Position numbers and translations under genes: made by a program. Under the pieces are notes generated by a model that saw only the letters and a program-made list of their open reading frames with translations, was not told the DNA's origin and made no database searches. A stretch of DNA of 63,985 nucleotides, filler included, from Octopus bimaculoides (taxonomy: Eukaryota), in the NCBI RefSeq assembly GCF_001194135.2. It is 6 parts of 6 records of this genome, joined end to end, with 100 filler letters (N's around TTAATTAATTAA, not from the genome) between each part and the next. Parts side by side here need not be neighbours in the genome. Positions count along the whole stretch, not along the records: positions 1 to 24,346 come from NC_069002.1; 5 more parts are not named here. One strand, written 5' to 3'. Positions 12,036 to 24,160 of the stretch are shown here, piece by piece. Within the stretch, counting starts at the first letter, position 1; every line of letters begins with the position of its first letter.

Positions 12036-13125
12036 GAAAACATAGAAAACGAACTTTTTTTCGAGCAACGAAAAAAAACAGAGAAACGAGACATGCAACA
12101 TAAAGAATGTACCCCTTCTTCATTTTCTTTGCATTCATAATAATTTTTCCATCGTCTTGGCTCAACAGCCCTCACCGTTTGTTTTTACTGTCTTGTTCTC
12201 ACTGTCCTGTTCTTCTTAACACTTTCACTTTCCGCAAAAAATCCCAAATTTTATTTAATTTGTTTTGCAGGAAGAACTGCTTCAACAAAGTCGCGTATTG
12301 TCCTCGCCTTCGAAACGTAGAGAAGATGAAACAGGGACAACTGACGAAGGGGTAAACTCTTTTTGTTGCATGTCTCGTTTCTCTGTTTTTTTTCGTTGTT
12401 TGAAAAATGTTCGTTTTCTATGTTTTCGTTTCTCATTGTGTTTAATGTTTTTTTTAAGTCTTGTACCCATATATGCATGTATATATACATATATATGTAG
12501 GTATGTATGATCGAATGCCAGGCATCCTTTTCCAAGTAAGTTTTATCTTCTCTGTCTATCTCTCTCTCCCTCTCTTGTTCTTCATCCTTTCTGTTTTTCT
12601 CTCCCGCTCTTTCTCTTTACTTCTCTGCCTTTCACTGTTCCCTCTCTCTCTCTCTCACTCTTCCTCCTTAACCCTCTTGTCGCTGACACGTGACGAAAGG
12701 GGATCTCTCTTTCTGTCCACTGCCTTCCTAAAAAAAAAGACGTGCTTTTTTCTGTCTCTTCTCTCATGGCCCGTCTACCTAGCGTTCATAATAATTTCAA
12801 CAGCCCTCACTGTTTGTTCTCACTGTCCTGTTCTTCTTAACACTCACCCTCCGCAAAAAATCACAAATTTTATTTAATTTGTTTTGCAGGAAGAACAAAG
12901 TCACGTATTGTCCTCTCCTTCGGAACGCGGAGTAGATGAAACAGAGACAACTGACAAAGGGGTATACTCTTTATGTTGCATGTCTCGTTTCTCTGTTTGT
13001 TTTTTTCATTGTTCGAAACAAAGTTTGTTTTCTATGTTTTCATTTTTATGTTTTCGTTTCTCATTGTGTTTAACGGTTTTTTGATGTCCTGTACCCATAT
13101 ATGCATGTATATATACATATATATG
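12036..13125. repeat. Inverted repeat (about 80-bp arms, 12036-12118 and 12346-12427) plus a direct partial duplicate at about 12780-13125
   Basis: AACAGAGAAACGAGACATGCAACA..AAGA...TACCCC versus GGGGTA..CTCTTT.TGTTGCATGTCTCGTTTCTCTGTT; the second block repeats the internal segment and right arm. Confidence 0.85.
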
Positions 13126-13677
13126 TAGGTCTGTACATATATGTATGTATATATGCATATATTTAAAAGCACCCACTACACTCTCTGAGTGGTTGGTGTT
13201 AGGAAGGGCATCCAGCTGTAGAAACTCTGCCAAATTAGATTGGAGCCTGGTGTTGCCATCCGGTTTCACCAGTCCTCAGTCAAATCGTCCAACCCATGCT
13301 AGCATGGAAAGCGGACGTTAAACNNNNNNNNNNNNNNNNNNNNNNNNNNNNNNNNNNNNNNNNNNNNNNNNNNNNNNNNNNNNNNNNNNNNNNNNNNNNN
13401 NNNNNNNNNNNNNNNNNNNNNNNNNNNNNNNNNNNNNNNNNNNNNNNNNNNNNNNNNNNNNNNNNNNNNNNNNNNNNNNNNNNNNNNNNNNNNNNNNNNN
13501 NNNNNNNNNNNNNNNNNNNNNNNNNNNNNNNNNNNNNNNNNNNNNNNNNNNNNNNNNNNNNNNNNNNNNNNNNNNNNNNNNNNNNNNNNNNNNNNNNNNN
13601 NNNNNNNNNNNNNNNNNNNNNNNNNNNNNNNNNNNNNNNNNNNNNNNNNNNNNNNNNNNNNNNNNNNNNNNNNNNNN

Positions 13678-13709
<32 letters not shown>

Positions 13710-15815
13710 AATATGTATATAAAGAAAGTGCCAATAGCATAGACTTGCTTAAGGTGGACCTCAACTTGCCAGGTAGTGACCCACACACTTGTGGATTAGG
13801 TATACGGAAAATGAAACAAGCCCGTCATATTTATATATACATATGTATGTGTATATATGATTGTGTGTTTGTGTTTACATTCCTGTAACCTAACGGTTCA
13901 GCAAGAGAGACTGATAGAATAAGTACTAGGCTTACAAAGAATAAGTCCTGGGGTTGATTTGTTCGACTGAAGGCAGTGCTCCAGCATGGCTGCAGTCAAA
14001 TGACTGAAACATATATAAAAGAATTAAAGGATGTACACATACGTACATGTTTGTTTATTTAATAACAATTTGGCTTAGCTCCACATGACTCAGAGTTTCA
14101 TGGGGACCAAGCCATGTCTACCTCATCAGATGTTTGGAGAAAACTGTTGTTAAAAATCTATTTAACTCGTACCAAATATGTCAAGTGCTACTTTCTTTCA
14201 TTTGTCTACTCACCTATAAAAGCTAGGTTTCATATGGAAAGGTGGGGAAATATGATTACATGGAGGTATAGGTTGGGGGCAAAGGAAAGGGAGATGAAAT
14301 TCAATGGGTGAGTGGATGTAGGAGGACGTTGATTGTGTACTTTCTTTGGACTGTATTTTGTTAAAGAGATTATTACAATTGCTATGATGGTACTCTGAGT
14401 CCTGTATTCTATGACCACACAACCATCGTCTGCTATTTGGTCCATAACTGTGGTCCTTGTTATGTGTTACCACCCTGGGCCTGAGCAGACCTGAGAGCAG
14501 CAGTGACTAATGAGTAACTCTAGACTCCACAAAATTCCTGGACGCTCAAGCTGGAGCTGCACTTCCAGATACAGTTTAATGTCTTGCTGAGGACATGGTA
14601 CACATAGACATGTGTCCTGTGGAAGTAATACAGCCAAATGTAGCATGATAGTAATTGTAGTAACGGCAGTCAAATGTTCTATAGTGGTAACCAAAGCAAT
14701 ATAATAACCATAGCAATGGCAGTCATGTACCATCACAGTTACCATAGTAACGCTGGTCAAATATACCACCTTAGCAACCATAGTCAAGCAGTGTTGCATG
14801 GCAATAACCATAGTAATTGTAATTATCATGTGAGTAACTACAATCTGTGACCAGTTTAGGATGGAACCTTTATTGCTATATCCGTATGTTGCTGTATTAG
14901 AATCCATTGCTGTGTACACAAGTTCAGTCTTGGTACAAAATGCCACTAAACCTCTTTTTTAACTGACTATAGCTAGTTGTATAATGGGTATTAGCAATAG
15001 CAACGGAGTATAGGTATATTTACTGTGTTCACAGGAGTGTCAATGATAGCAAGGAAATGGTGACACATTTACTATGCTTTCAGGAGCATCAGTATATTTG
15101 TTATGTTTACAGGCTTATTGATGATAATGAGTATCAAGGTATTCCCTGAACCTTATGAAGGAGATGACAGAGGGCTGAGATGTGTGTTGCATTGTTCTAC
15201 TTAAGGAGACCATAAAACCAGGGTGCCACATTAAAAGCATTAGTGTCAAAAAGCACTGGTGCTGGTGCCACTTAAAAAGTGCCCAGTACACTCTGTGAAG
15301 TGGTTGGAATTAGGAAGGACATCCAGCTGTAGAAACCAAACCAGAAACAGACTATGGAACCTGGTGCGACCCCTGGTCTTGTCAGTTCCTGTTAAGCTGT
15401 CCAACCCATGCCAGCATGGAAAACAGATGTTAAATGTTGATGAAGATGATGATCGCAGGTGTATTACCATGATCAATGTCTTCACAGGTTATCTATGTAT
15501 CTGCTGTGCTTACAGATATATTACTTTAATTACTGTGACCAAATGAGTATAACTGTAATTGCCGTATTCACAGGAGCATCTGTTCAATCCGTACCCAGGA
15601 GTACAATTGTATTCACTTATATGTTTGCAAGGGTATTGGTGTAATCACTGTGTTCATAGGGGTATCAATAAATTTACTCTGTAAAGTGGTTGGCGTTAGG
15701 AAAGGTATCCAGCTATAGGAACCAAGCCAAAACAGATGACTGGAGACTGGTGCAGTTCTCTGACCTACCAGCTCCAGCCAAACCATCCGACCCATGCCAG
15801 CATGGAAAACAGACA

Positions 15816-16666
15816 TTAATCCTTTAGTATTTAAATTGGCCATATCTGGCCCAAATATTCTATCTGTTATATCTTCAAACTGGCCAGATCTGGCCTCTCA
15901 CACCTACCCTACAGTGTCATCCTAAAAATCAATCAATCACATCATCAAAATGTCAAAGCTACAAGATAAGGCATGACTAATTTAACCCTTTCGATACCAA
16001 CCCGGTTGGAACTGCCTCTGGTTCTATAGTCTTTGTTATATTCAAAATTAATTGAGAGACTCACAGAGCATCTCAACAGAAATACGGTAAGAAAAGGGGT
16101 AAAATATATAATAGAGAAACAATTCGTAACCCTTTTGATACCAACCTGGCTGAAACCACCTCTGGCTCTGTAGTACAAATGTCTTGTTTTCATAAGTTTT
16201 GAATTAAAATCTTCCACCAAACCTTTGTCACAATTTATGTTCCTAACACTAGCTTAATGATTACTAAGTTATTTTACTAAATTCTTTGTTATATTTAAAA
16301 TTAATTAAAAGAAACACAGAGCATCTCAACAGAAATATGGTAACAAAAGGGTTAAAATATATAATAGAGAAACAATTCTTAACCCTTTTGATACCAAGCC
16401 AACTGAAACCACCTCTGGCTCTGAGTACAAATGTCTTGTTTTCATCAGTTTTGAATTAAAATCTTCCACCAAACCTTAGTCACAATTAATGTTCCTAACA
16501 CTAGCTGAATGATTACTAAGTTATTTTACTAAATTCTTTGTTATATTTAAAATTAATTGAAAGAAACACAGAACATCTCAACAGCAATACGGTAATGAAA
16601 GGGTTAAAACAATGTGAATGAATAAGCAGTACATTAGACAGAATAATCTGAATGCTAAAGGGTGAA
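15816..16666. mobile_element. piggyBac-like MITE (host) carrying a nested insertion
   Basis: TTAATCCTTTAG...CTAAAGGGTGAA ends; uninterrupted homolog at about 20685-20903. Confidence 0.7.
15982..16607. mobile_element. Three tandem copies of a second piggyBac-like MITE (15982-16102, 16126-16355, 16379-16607)
   Basis: TTAA-CCCTTT...AAAGGG-TTAA type termini; identical 23-nt spacer AATATATAATAGAGAAACAATTC between copies. Confidence 0.8.
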
Positions 16667-16894
16667 ATGATGATGTTCACAGGAGTATCTTCACAGGAGT
16701 ATCAACGGATTCACTGCATTTATTGGAGTATAAATAAATTGACTGTATTCCAAAGAGTATCAATGTAATCACTGTTTATAAGAGAACTAATGAATTCACT
16801 GCATTCACAGGAGTATTACTATATTGATTGTATTCACAGGAATTTCAAATATATTCGTTGCATTCATTGGAGTTGCTACTTTATTGTCTCATAC

Positions 16895-18625
16895 TCTTTT
16901 ACTCTTTTACTTGTTTCAGTCATTTGATTGTGGCCATGCTGGAGCACCACTTTTAGTTGAGCAAATCGACCCCAAGACATATTCTTTGTAAGCCTAGTAC
17001 TTATTCTATCAGTCTCTTTTGCCGAACCTCTAAGTTACAGGGATGTAAACACACCAGCATCAGTTGTCAAGCGATGTTGGGGGGACAAACACAAACATAT
17101 ACACACATCATCATCATCATCATCATCGTTTAACGTCCGCTTTCCATGCTGGTATGGGTTGGACGGTTCAACTGGGGTCTGGGAAGCCAGAAGGCTGCAC
17201 CAGGCTCCAGTCTGATCTGGCAGAGTTTCTACATCTGGATGCCCTTCCTAACGCCAACCACTCCGAGAGTGTAGTGGGTGCTTTTACGAGCCACCGACAC
17301 GACGGCCAGTCAGGCGGTACTGGCAATGGCCATGCTCAAAAAGGTGTTTTTTACGTGCCACCTGCACAGGAGCCAGTCCAGCGGTACTGGCAACGACCTC
17401 GCTTGAATGATTTTCTAACATGCCACCATGCCACAAGTGCTAGAAGGCGACACTGGTAATGATTATGCTCAAATAGTGCTATTTACGGGCCACTAGCATG
17501 GAAGCCAGACACCTGCTCTGGCAATGAACACGCTTGGACAGTGTTGTTAGTGCTCAACTGGCGCAGGTGCCAGTCATCAAATATGGTTCAATTACGATTT
17601 TGATTTCACTTGCCCCAACAGGTCTTCGCAAGCAGAGTTTTTAGTGTCCAATGAAGTAAAGATATGAATAAGTTAGCTGGCTACACTTCTGGCAGAGGTC
17701 ACAGATTATGCTCTCACTTGCCTTGCCGGGTCTTCTCACGTACTGCATATTTCCAAAGGTCCCGGTCACAAGTCATTGCCTCGGCGAGGCCTAAAGTTCA
17801 AAGGCCGTGCTTCACCACCTCATCCCTGGTCTTCCTGGGTCTATCTTTTCCACAGGTTCCCTCAACTGCTAGGGTGTGGCACTTTTTCACACAGTTATCC
17901 TCGTCCATTCTCACCACATGTCCATACCAGCGCAGTCGTCTCTCTTGCACACCACAACTGATGCTTCGTAAGTTCAACTTTTCTCTCAAGGTACTAATAC
18001 TCTGTCGGGTATGCACACTGACATTACACATCCATCGGAGCATACTGGCTTCATTCCTTTCAAGCTTACGCGTGTCCTCAGCAGTCATGGGCCATGTTTC
18101 ACTGCCATGTAGCATGGCTGTTCGTACACATGCGTCATACAGTCTGCCTTTTACTCTGAGTGAGAGTCCCTTTGTCGCCAGCAGAGGTAAGAACTCTCTG
18201 AACTTTGCCCAGGCTATTCTTATTGTAGCAACTACACTTTCAGAGCACCCTCCCCCACTACTAACTTGGTCACCAAGATAGCGGAAGCTATCAACCACTT
18301 ATAGTTTTTCTCCCTGGAATGTGGCAGAAGTTGTTTTCTGCACATTCACAGTGTTTATTGCTCCTGAGCATCTGCCACATACAAAAACTAACTTCCTAGT
18401 TAACCTTCCTTTGATATTGCTGCACCTCTTATGTGTCCATAGCTTACACTGGGTACATCTTATGGAACAACGGGTTTCTTTCAGTTTCCGCCTACCAAAT
18501 CCACTCACAAGGCTTTGGTCGGCCCGAGGCTATAGTAGAAGACACTTGCCCAAGGTTCCATGCAGTGGGACTGAACCAGAACCATGTGGTTGGTAAGTAA
18601 GCTACTTACCACACAGCCACTCCTA
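16895..18625 (-). mobile_element. CORE SINE (family A-I) split into head (18472-18625) and tail (16895-17105) by an RTE insertion
   Basis: The two halves are collinear with the intact copy at 10619-11030 and join at the central microsatellite. Confidence 0.8.
17106..18471 (-). mobile_element. 5'-truncated RTE LINE (ORF2 C-terminus, 3' UTR, (GAT)n tail)
   Basis: ORFs 17798-18298 and 18299-18508: LWTHKRCS...VDSFRYLGD...RIAWAKFRE...LYDACVRTAMLHGSETW...RRLRWYGHVVRM...GKDRPRKT. Confidence 0.92.
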
Positions 18626-18680
18626 TGCCTATGTCTTTTTTTTTTTGGTTTTAATCTCCTAATACTCCTGTATTTTTTAG

Positions 18681-18806
18681 GTTTCCAAAACCACTGATGC
18701 CGACCAAAAGAAATTACAGAACAACATCCGTGATGACATCAGCAGCTTGATCTCAGCCTACCTCAAGAAATATCTTTTGACTGGATCTACAGCTTTCTTA
18801 GTTCAG
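18681..18806 (+). CDS. TERF1/TERF2: TRF homolog, TRFH domain exon (126 nt, phase 0 to 0)
   Basis: Acceptor ctgtattttttag, donor CAG|gtaatt; VSKTTDADQKKLQNNIRDDISSLISAYLKKYLLTGSTAFLVQ ends like TRF1 KSYVNYVLSEKSSTFLMK. Confidence 0.87.
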
Positions 18807-18957
18807 GTAATTAATTAAAACTGCTCCCTTGTTTGTGTTTTTATGTCATGTAACCTTCCTGCTCACAGCAACAGAATCACTTGCTGGATATGAATGATGG
18901 AGCCTTTAAATGGTGCTCGGCTTGGCTTGCTGGTAACAGCTGTCAGATCTAGTTCAA

Positions 18958-20138
18958 ATGGTTGCATTCATCCTGCCTCCAGACACCATCAATGCATTTA
19001 TAGAGCTTGTGGGTGACGATGATTTGCCACAAGAACTTGTGGCATATTTTGAAATGCATTACATTGGTGAGGGGAGAGGCAGGGGAGCTCGTAGACATAG
19101 AGTTCCTCCTACTTTTCTTATCGGTCTTTGGAATATGTATGGAAGAACCCTATATCAGCTGGAAACACCAACAATGGAGTAGAAGGTTTCCATAATGCAC
19201 TGCAAGAATCTGTTACAAATACTCATCCAAATTTATTGGAACTTATCAATGTCTTAAGAAATGAAGAATCTCTTTCTAAAAAGAAGGTAAACAATGCAAC
19301 AAGAGGAGAAACTGCAACCAAGGAAAAAAACAAAGATGTTTGTAAGCGCATACTAAGCATTGTCAGAGGTTACGATCAAAATCAAAACCAGCATTATTTG
19401 AATGCAATTGCAATGAACTTAGATGATTTTTAGCTTTTTAGTTTTTTAGCTTAACTTTTTAAATAAAGAGTATGATTTAGAAAATTACTATTTTTAAATC
19501 TCACAATGAGAGATATTCAGCAACAGTACTTTGTAGTAAAGATTATTTGCCAACATAACATGGCAGTCCTGGTTTAGGACGAATGTTACTGTAACTTTAG
19601 AAACATTCATCCTAAACCAGGACTGCCATGTTATGTTGGCAGACAGTCTTTACTCCAAAGTACTGTTACTGAATATCTCTCGTTGTGAGATTTAAAAATA
19701 GTAATTTTCTAATTTATAGACCAGTGACTAGTTGTCACTTTGAAAACTATATATTTTGAACGGGAATTTGGCAGTGGCACCTCTATCCAAACAATTATTC
19801 TGTGCTGATGAAGGGAAATAACCTGGAAATCGCGATACAGATATTGTTTTGAAAATATAAGGACACAGATCATGTTGTATAGCCTGCTGGAGAGATGATG
19901 TCTCCCGGGGTTAAATTACAGCAACATTCGTCCTATACCAGGACTGCCATGTTATGTTGGCAGACAGTCTTTACTCCAAAGTGTATGACCTTCATTATTT
20001 TTATTTTTAATTTTATTTTTTATCCTTCTCTTCTTATGCTTTACTACAAAATGTCCTTGCGGTGAAATACCTGTATAGTGAATTGCCTTACAGTGAATAG
20101 TCCTACAGCCAATTGCTTTACGGCGTCTTGTCCTAGAA
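18958..20138 (+). mobile_element. MULE-type transposase C-terminal remnant with probable 3' terminus
   Basis: VAFILPPDTINAF..L..YFEMHYIG...PPTF..GLWNMY.R / TNNGVEGFHNAL...HPNLLELI.VL.NEE with one frameshift, stop at 19433; short GGTGAAAT/AGTGAAT-type tandem motifs at 20045-20138. Confidence 0.75.
19477..19712. repeat. Long inverted repeat (111-bp arms, 14-nt loop) inside the MULE remnant; third arm copy at 19914-19982
   Basis: TTGCCAACATAACATGGCAGTCCTGGTTTAGGA / TCCTAAACCAGGACTGCCATGTTATGTTGGCA. Confidence 0.9.
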
Positions 20139-22243
20139 AAGTGAATGTTAAAATGCTGATGTAATTATTGGATTCCCAGAGGAAGACATTTACTCCAAGA
20201 GCCTACTACTTTTATGAACTCATTTCTTATGTCATTGGTAATTAGTGTATGGTAATGAGATTTCTTTTGATCTTTTTTTTGTCTTCATTTTTATGTCTAT
20301 TTTTCTTTGGTAGCATGGGTTAGGTGAATATATTATTGGCCATTGTTATTACCCCTGGAAAAACAGACATAGAACGGACAAACAAGTAATAAACTGGTAG
20401 TGGAGTGTGAGAAGGGGGTGGATTATCATCATCATCACCATCATCAGCACCATCATCATTATCATTTAAGATCCATTTTCCATGCTGGTATGGGTTGGAC
20501 AGTTTGATAGAAACTTGTAAGGCTTGGGGTTGCACCAGGTTCCACAGTCTGCTTTGACATGGTTTGTACAACTGGACGCCATTCCTAATGCCACCCACTC
20601 CACAGAGTGTACTTGCTGCTTTTGAAGTGACACCACCACCCACACCAACGCTACTTATGTAGTAATTACAGTTTTTGGTACTTACACTGGCCATATCCGG
20701 CCCAAATATTCTCCCTGTTTTATGTTCAAACTGGCCAGATCTGGCCTCTCACACCTATCCAACAATGTCATTCTAAAAATAAACTATCACTTCATCAAAA
20801 TCTCAAAGCTACAAGATAAGGCATTGATTAATTCAAAGCTATGTAAATAAATAAGGGTTGCATCTAACAGAGAACCCTGAATGTGAAACGGTTAAAGGGT
20901 TAAAAGTATTCCTGATTCTGTGTACATTTTGTGTGTAGCTTTGTGGGTGCATCAGTGGAATAGATACCAGTCATATATTGAGGGAGAGGTTTGATTTAAT
21001 TAACTAATGGGTTCCAGGCATGGCTCCGTGGTTCATCATGTTTGCCTCAGTTACTATGTGGTGTTGGGTTCAATCCTACTGCATGGTACCGTGGGGGTAA
21101 ATGTCTTCTACTATTACAGCTTTGAGCTGACCAATGTCTTTGGAGTAGAATTGGTAGCAGAAAACTATATGGAAATCTATCGCATATATACATCTATTTA
21201 TTTCCTCTTATTCCTTTTTGTGGAAGAGCATTGGCTCGAAACGTAAAAGACATTTCCATTCTTTTTGAGCGTCAAACTAATACACTTATTTGTTGTTTCT
21301 ACACAAGTCTTCATCTTTGTTTTTCTATAAATTTGAACTACATCTACATGTATATATATATATATNNNNNNNNNNNNNNNNNNNNNNNNNNNNNNNNNNN
21401 NNNNNNNNNNNNNNNNNNNNNNNNNNNNNNNNNNNNNNNNNNNNNNNNNNNNNNNNNNNNNNNNNNNNNNNTATATAAAGCTGAAGTTGTGTGTCTGTGT
21501 GAAGCCTTTTTAAAAGTTTATAGAAATCCACATTTTCCACTTTTTCGTAAAAATTTTTACATCAATGGAATTTTCTCGATGTGAACTTTCCAGTGCAGTA
21601 ATTAGATTTTTTAAATTCCGTTTACTTTGTGTGATTTAAGGGAGATTTGGCTGTTGTTTCTAGCACCTTTTATATTTCTTCCTTTCTACCTGGAACAGCA
21701 TTCTTACACACGCGCTCAACAGAGAGAGAAAGTGATACATACAACGTCATAGATTAAACTTTACCTATTTTTCATAACATTGATACGCAAAAACACACAC
21801 AACCACACATACGTAATCTGTGCCAACAACATACACATTGCTCCCGTTCTCTATCTCCCCCTCTTCCTCTCTTCCTCTCTCGCTCTCTCAATCGCATACA
21901 CGTGCAAGTAAACACAATCATTCACGTTCGTCAATGTGGCATAACTACAGAGTTGTACTCACCGACTTTGGAAGGTCATAACTTTCAGAAAAAGTCTTGG
22001 TCCCCTGTTATCCCTTCTGTGAGTCCCAACTTTTGTAGATCCTTTCTCACCACTTGCCCTCCCCCATTGCTGGCCTTGTATCAAAATTTGAAACCAATAA
22101 TTCTACCAGCTCACAACTCTCCCTTCCTTTTACAGATTGCGGTCTTTCGTATCAATATAAATAAATCAATTTACGTCTCGTATTCTGAACCATATTCTAA
22201 GTGATGCCTTTAATGGTATCTGTTGTGTGTTTCCTATGTTTAG

Positions 22244-22314
22244 GCTGCCAGCAGAGCACTAGAAACGGAGAAGAAAGACAGTTCTGGTATCGTTGATAGC
22301 CAAAAGAAAATCAG
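22244..22314 (+). CDS. TERF1/TERF2: TRF homolog, end of TRFH domain and start of hinge (71 nt, phase 0 to 2)
   Basis: Acceptor ttcctatgtttag, donor CAG|gtaagt; AASRALETEKKDSSGIVDSQKKI versus TRF1 AAAKVVESKR. Confidence 0.85.
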
Positions 22315-22404
22315 GTAAGTTGCTATGGATACGGTGGAGTATTTTTCTCAGTTCTTAGCATTTTTGATTTCTGTTTCCTCACACAGTCACTGGTCTGATG
22401 GATG

Positions 22405-23370
22405 CATGCGTGGCTGTGTGGTTAAGATGTTTTCTTTCCAATAACACAGTTCAAGTTCAATCCTACTTCATGGCACCTTGGGTCAATATATGTTTTTTTG
22501 TAACAACCTTGAACTAATCAAAGTCCTTTGAGTGGATTTGTGAGATGGAAACTGAAAGAAGCCCATCACACACACACATACACATATATACATAAATATA
22601 TATTCATTCCTGAGCTCTAACTGTAGAGGGAACCTGTGGAAGGGGTAGACCCAGGAAGATGTGGGATGAAGTGGTGAAAAAGGATCCTTAGATGCTGGGC
22701 CTCACTGAAGAAATGACAAGGGACCAAGAGATGTGGCGATTTTCTGTGCTGGAGAAGACATGTCAAGCTAAGTAAAATTGCTATCATCCAATCAAACAGG
22801 CTTGTCCTTTACAGGTGCCGGTGCCACATGAAATGCAGTCAGTACATTCTATAAAGTGGTTGGCATTAGAAAGGGCATCCAGCTGTAGAAACCATGTCAC
22901 AACAGAAGATTGGAGCATGGACAGCGCCCTGGCTGGCCATCCCCATGTCAAAACGTCCAACTCATGCCAGCATGGAAAACAGATGTTAAATGATGATAAT
23001 GACGATGATGATATATATACACACACACACACACACACATATGCATGCCCACCCCACACACATGTACACACACACACACATGTACCCCCCACACGTGATG
23101 TCAAGACAATGAAACAGAAATGTGTGTGTGTGTCTCCTTGTTGTCTTGGCATTGCATGATAGTTGTAAACAAGCGCCACTGTCATACAAGCAGTGTTGTT
23201 CATTCTTCCAATATTCTGTATAAACATGTCCAATGTCCAGCCATGAAGAAATATTATCTTGCTTGGAAACAGGAGGGTTGGTGACAGAAAGAGCATCTGG
23301 CCATTGAAAATCTGTCACAATAAACTCTGTTCAACCCATAGAAGCATGAAAAATGCACATTAGAATGACA
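22405..23370 (+). mobile_element. CORE SINE (family A-II) interrupted by an RTE 3' fragment (about 22610-23010)
   Basis: SINE head 22405-22570; RTE LTVEGTCGRGRPRKMWDEVVK...MW; (GAT) tail; (CA)n; SINE tail 23100-23370. Confidence 0.75.
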
Positions 23371-23373
23371 ATA

Positions 23374-23425
<52 letters not shown>

Positions 23426-23955
23426 NNNNNNNNNNNNNNNNNNNNNNNNNNNNNNNNNNNNNNNNNNNNNNNNNNNNNNNNNNNNNNNNNNNNNNNNNNN
23501 NNNNNNNNNNNNNNNNNNNNNNNNNNNNNNNNNNNNNNNNNNNNNNNNNNNNNNNNNNNNNNNNNNNNNNNNNNNNNNNNNNNNNNNNNNNNNNNNNNNN
23601 NNNNNNNNNNNNNNNNNNNNNNNNNNNNNNNNNNNNNNNNNNNNNNNNNNNNNNNNNNNNNNNNNNNNNNNNNNNNNNNNNNNNNNNNNNNNNNNNNNNN
23701 NNNNNNNNNNNNNNNNNNNNNNNNNNNNNNNNNNNNNNNNNNNNNNNNNNNNNNNNNNNNNNNNNNNNNNNNNNNNNNNNNNNNNNNNNNNNNNNNNNNN
23801 NNNNNNNNNNNNNNNNNNNNNNNNNNNNNNNNNNNNNNNNNNNNNNNNNNNNNNNNNNNNNNNNNNNNNNNNNNNNNNNNNNNNNNNNNNNNNNNNNNNN
23901 NNNNNNNNNNNNTTTCACATATCTGTAATTTTTCAGATTAACACCCGCACGATTA

Positions 23956-24126
23956 CCCAACCCTAATCCTAAACCTAATCCTAACACTAACCCTAAACCC
24001 TAACCCTAACCCTAAAACCCTAACCCTGACCCTAAAACCGTAACCGTAACACTAATCCTAACCCTAACCGTAACCCTAAGCCCTAACCCTAAACCCTGAC
24101 CCTAAAACTGTAACTGTAACACTAAT

Positions 24127-24160
<34 letters not shown>

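Larger units (their letters stand above)
14990..16880. repeat. Degenerate ~30-bp minisatellite (GTATTCACAGGAGTATCAAT-like) interrupted by RTE fragments and MITEs
   Basis: TTCACAGGAGT-type motif recurs at 15028, 15481, 15566, 15595, 16677, 16691, 16806, 16835. Confidence 0.65.

Noticed and set aside
15982-16607. Repeat-spacer-repeat pattern resembling a CRISPR array
   Set aside because: Repeats are 120-230 bp MITEs, the spacers are identical, no cas genes, eukaryotic context
21215-21250. GGAAGAGCATTGGCTCGAAACGTA hammerhead-like motif (similar weak motif at 19806-19830)
   Set aside because: CUGA core absent or stems not supportable
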